A DNA stretch of 47,596 bases from Candidatus Omnitrophota bacterium. GTDB lineage: Bacteria; Omnitrophota; Omnitrophia; Omnitrophales; Aquincolibacteriaceae. The notes under the pieces were generated by a model that had not been told where the DNA came from, made no database searches, and saw nothing but the letters and a program-made list of their open reading frames with translations. This document shows positions 47,437 through 47,596 of the stretch, piece after piece; positions within the stretch are counted from its first letter, which is position 1, and each line of letters opens with the position of its first letter. A program made the translations under genes and the position numbers. The DNA is taken from NCBI GenBank assembly GCA_043803685.1, contig JAZDJU010000032.1:1-47596 (forward strand), in the 5' to 3' direction.

Positions 47437-47596
47437 GGGGGAGAGGCTCCGCCGGAGGACGGATCCGTCCACGATGTTTGGCGGAGAAGGGAGCGCTGCG
47501 TTGAAACATGACAAGAAGTCATGTTTCAAGTGCGGGTGGCCTACCGGAGTCCGCTTATTTTGCGGACAAGGAGCCGACTCTCCTCAGGTCCATTTC
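47437..47596 (+). repeat. tRNA-Ala-derived multi-hairpin element ending in a 22-bp copy of the tRNA 3' end
   Basis: CGACTCTCCTCAGGTCCATTTC occurs at both 47297-47318 and 47575-47596; GAGCGCTGC occurs at both 47263 and 47491; nested palindromes lie between. Confidence 0.75.

Noticed and set aside
47193..47504. 103-aa ORF across the tRNA
   Set aside because: It overlaps the tRNA and terminator and has no protein features.

Overview
A 47.6 kb chromosomal segment in which every convincing protein gene and the tRNA lie on the + strand. It most likely comes from a PVC-superphylum bacterium. Two PVC-restricted small proteins, stand-alone PilZ proteins and a full Mur set suggest Ca. Omnitrophota, but this is inference. 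Gene order: MotB/OmpA-like gene, a dcw cluster (murE-murF-mraY-murD-ftsW-murG-murC-ddl-ftsQ-ftsA, with no murB and no ftsZ), an AT-rich SGNH gene, gcvT/H/PA/PB plus a lipoyl ligase, pcrA/uvrD, plsC, an EEP hydrolase, two zinc peptidases, a ParB-like protein, batD/batE, trpBA, yqgF, an M16 peptidase, rpe, lepA-lepB, a SPOR/PilZ/YajQ block, a cNMP-patatin/acyl-CoA ligase/lysophospholipase block and tRNA-Ala(CGC). The most unusual signals are mostly non-coding. (1) Downstream of the tRNA is a tRNA-Ala-derived element whose loops are replaced by long hairpins, plus an acceptor-stem minihelix-like unit. (2) A 113-bp MITE with 13-bp terminal inverted repeats and a TGAA duplication sits in the plsC start codon and regenerates it as GTG. 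(3) Four intergenic palindromes are built from 7- or 8-nt periodic units. (4) A GTCAT...ATGAC REP-like element precedes rpe. (5) FtsA has degenerate ATP-binding loops and no ftsZ follows it. All calls come from motif reading by eye; no database searches were run.
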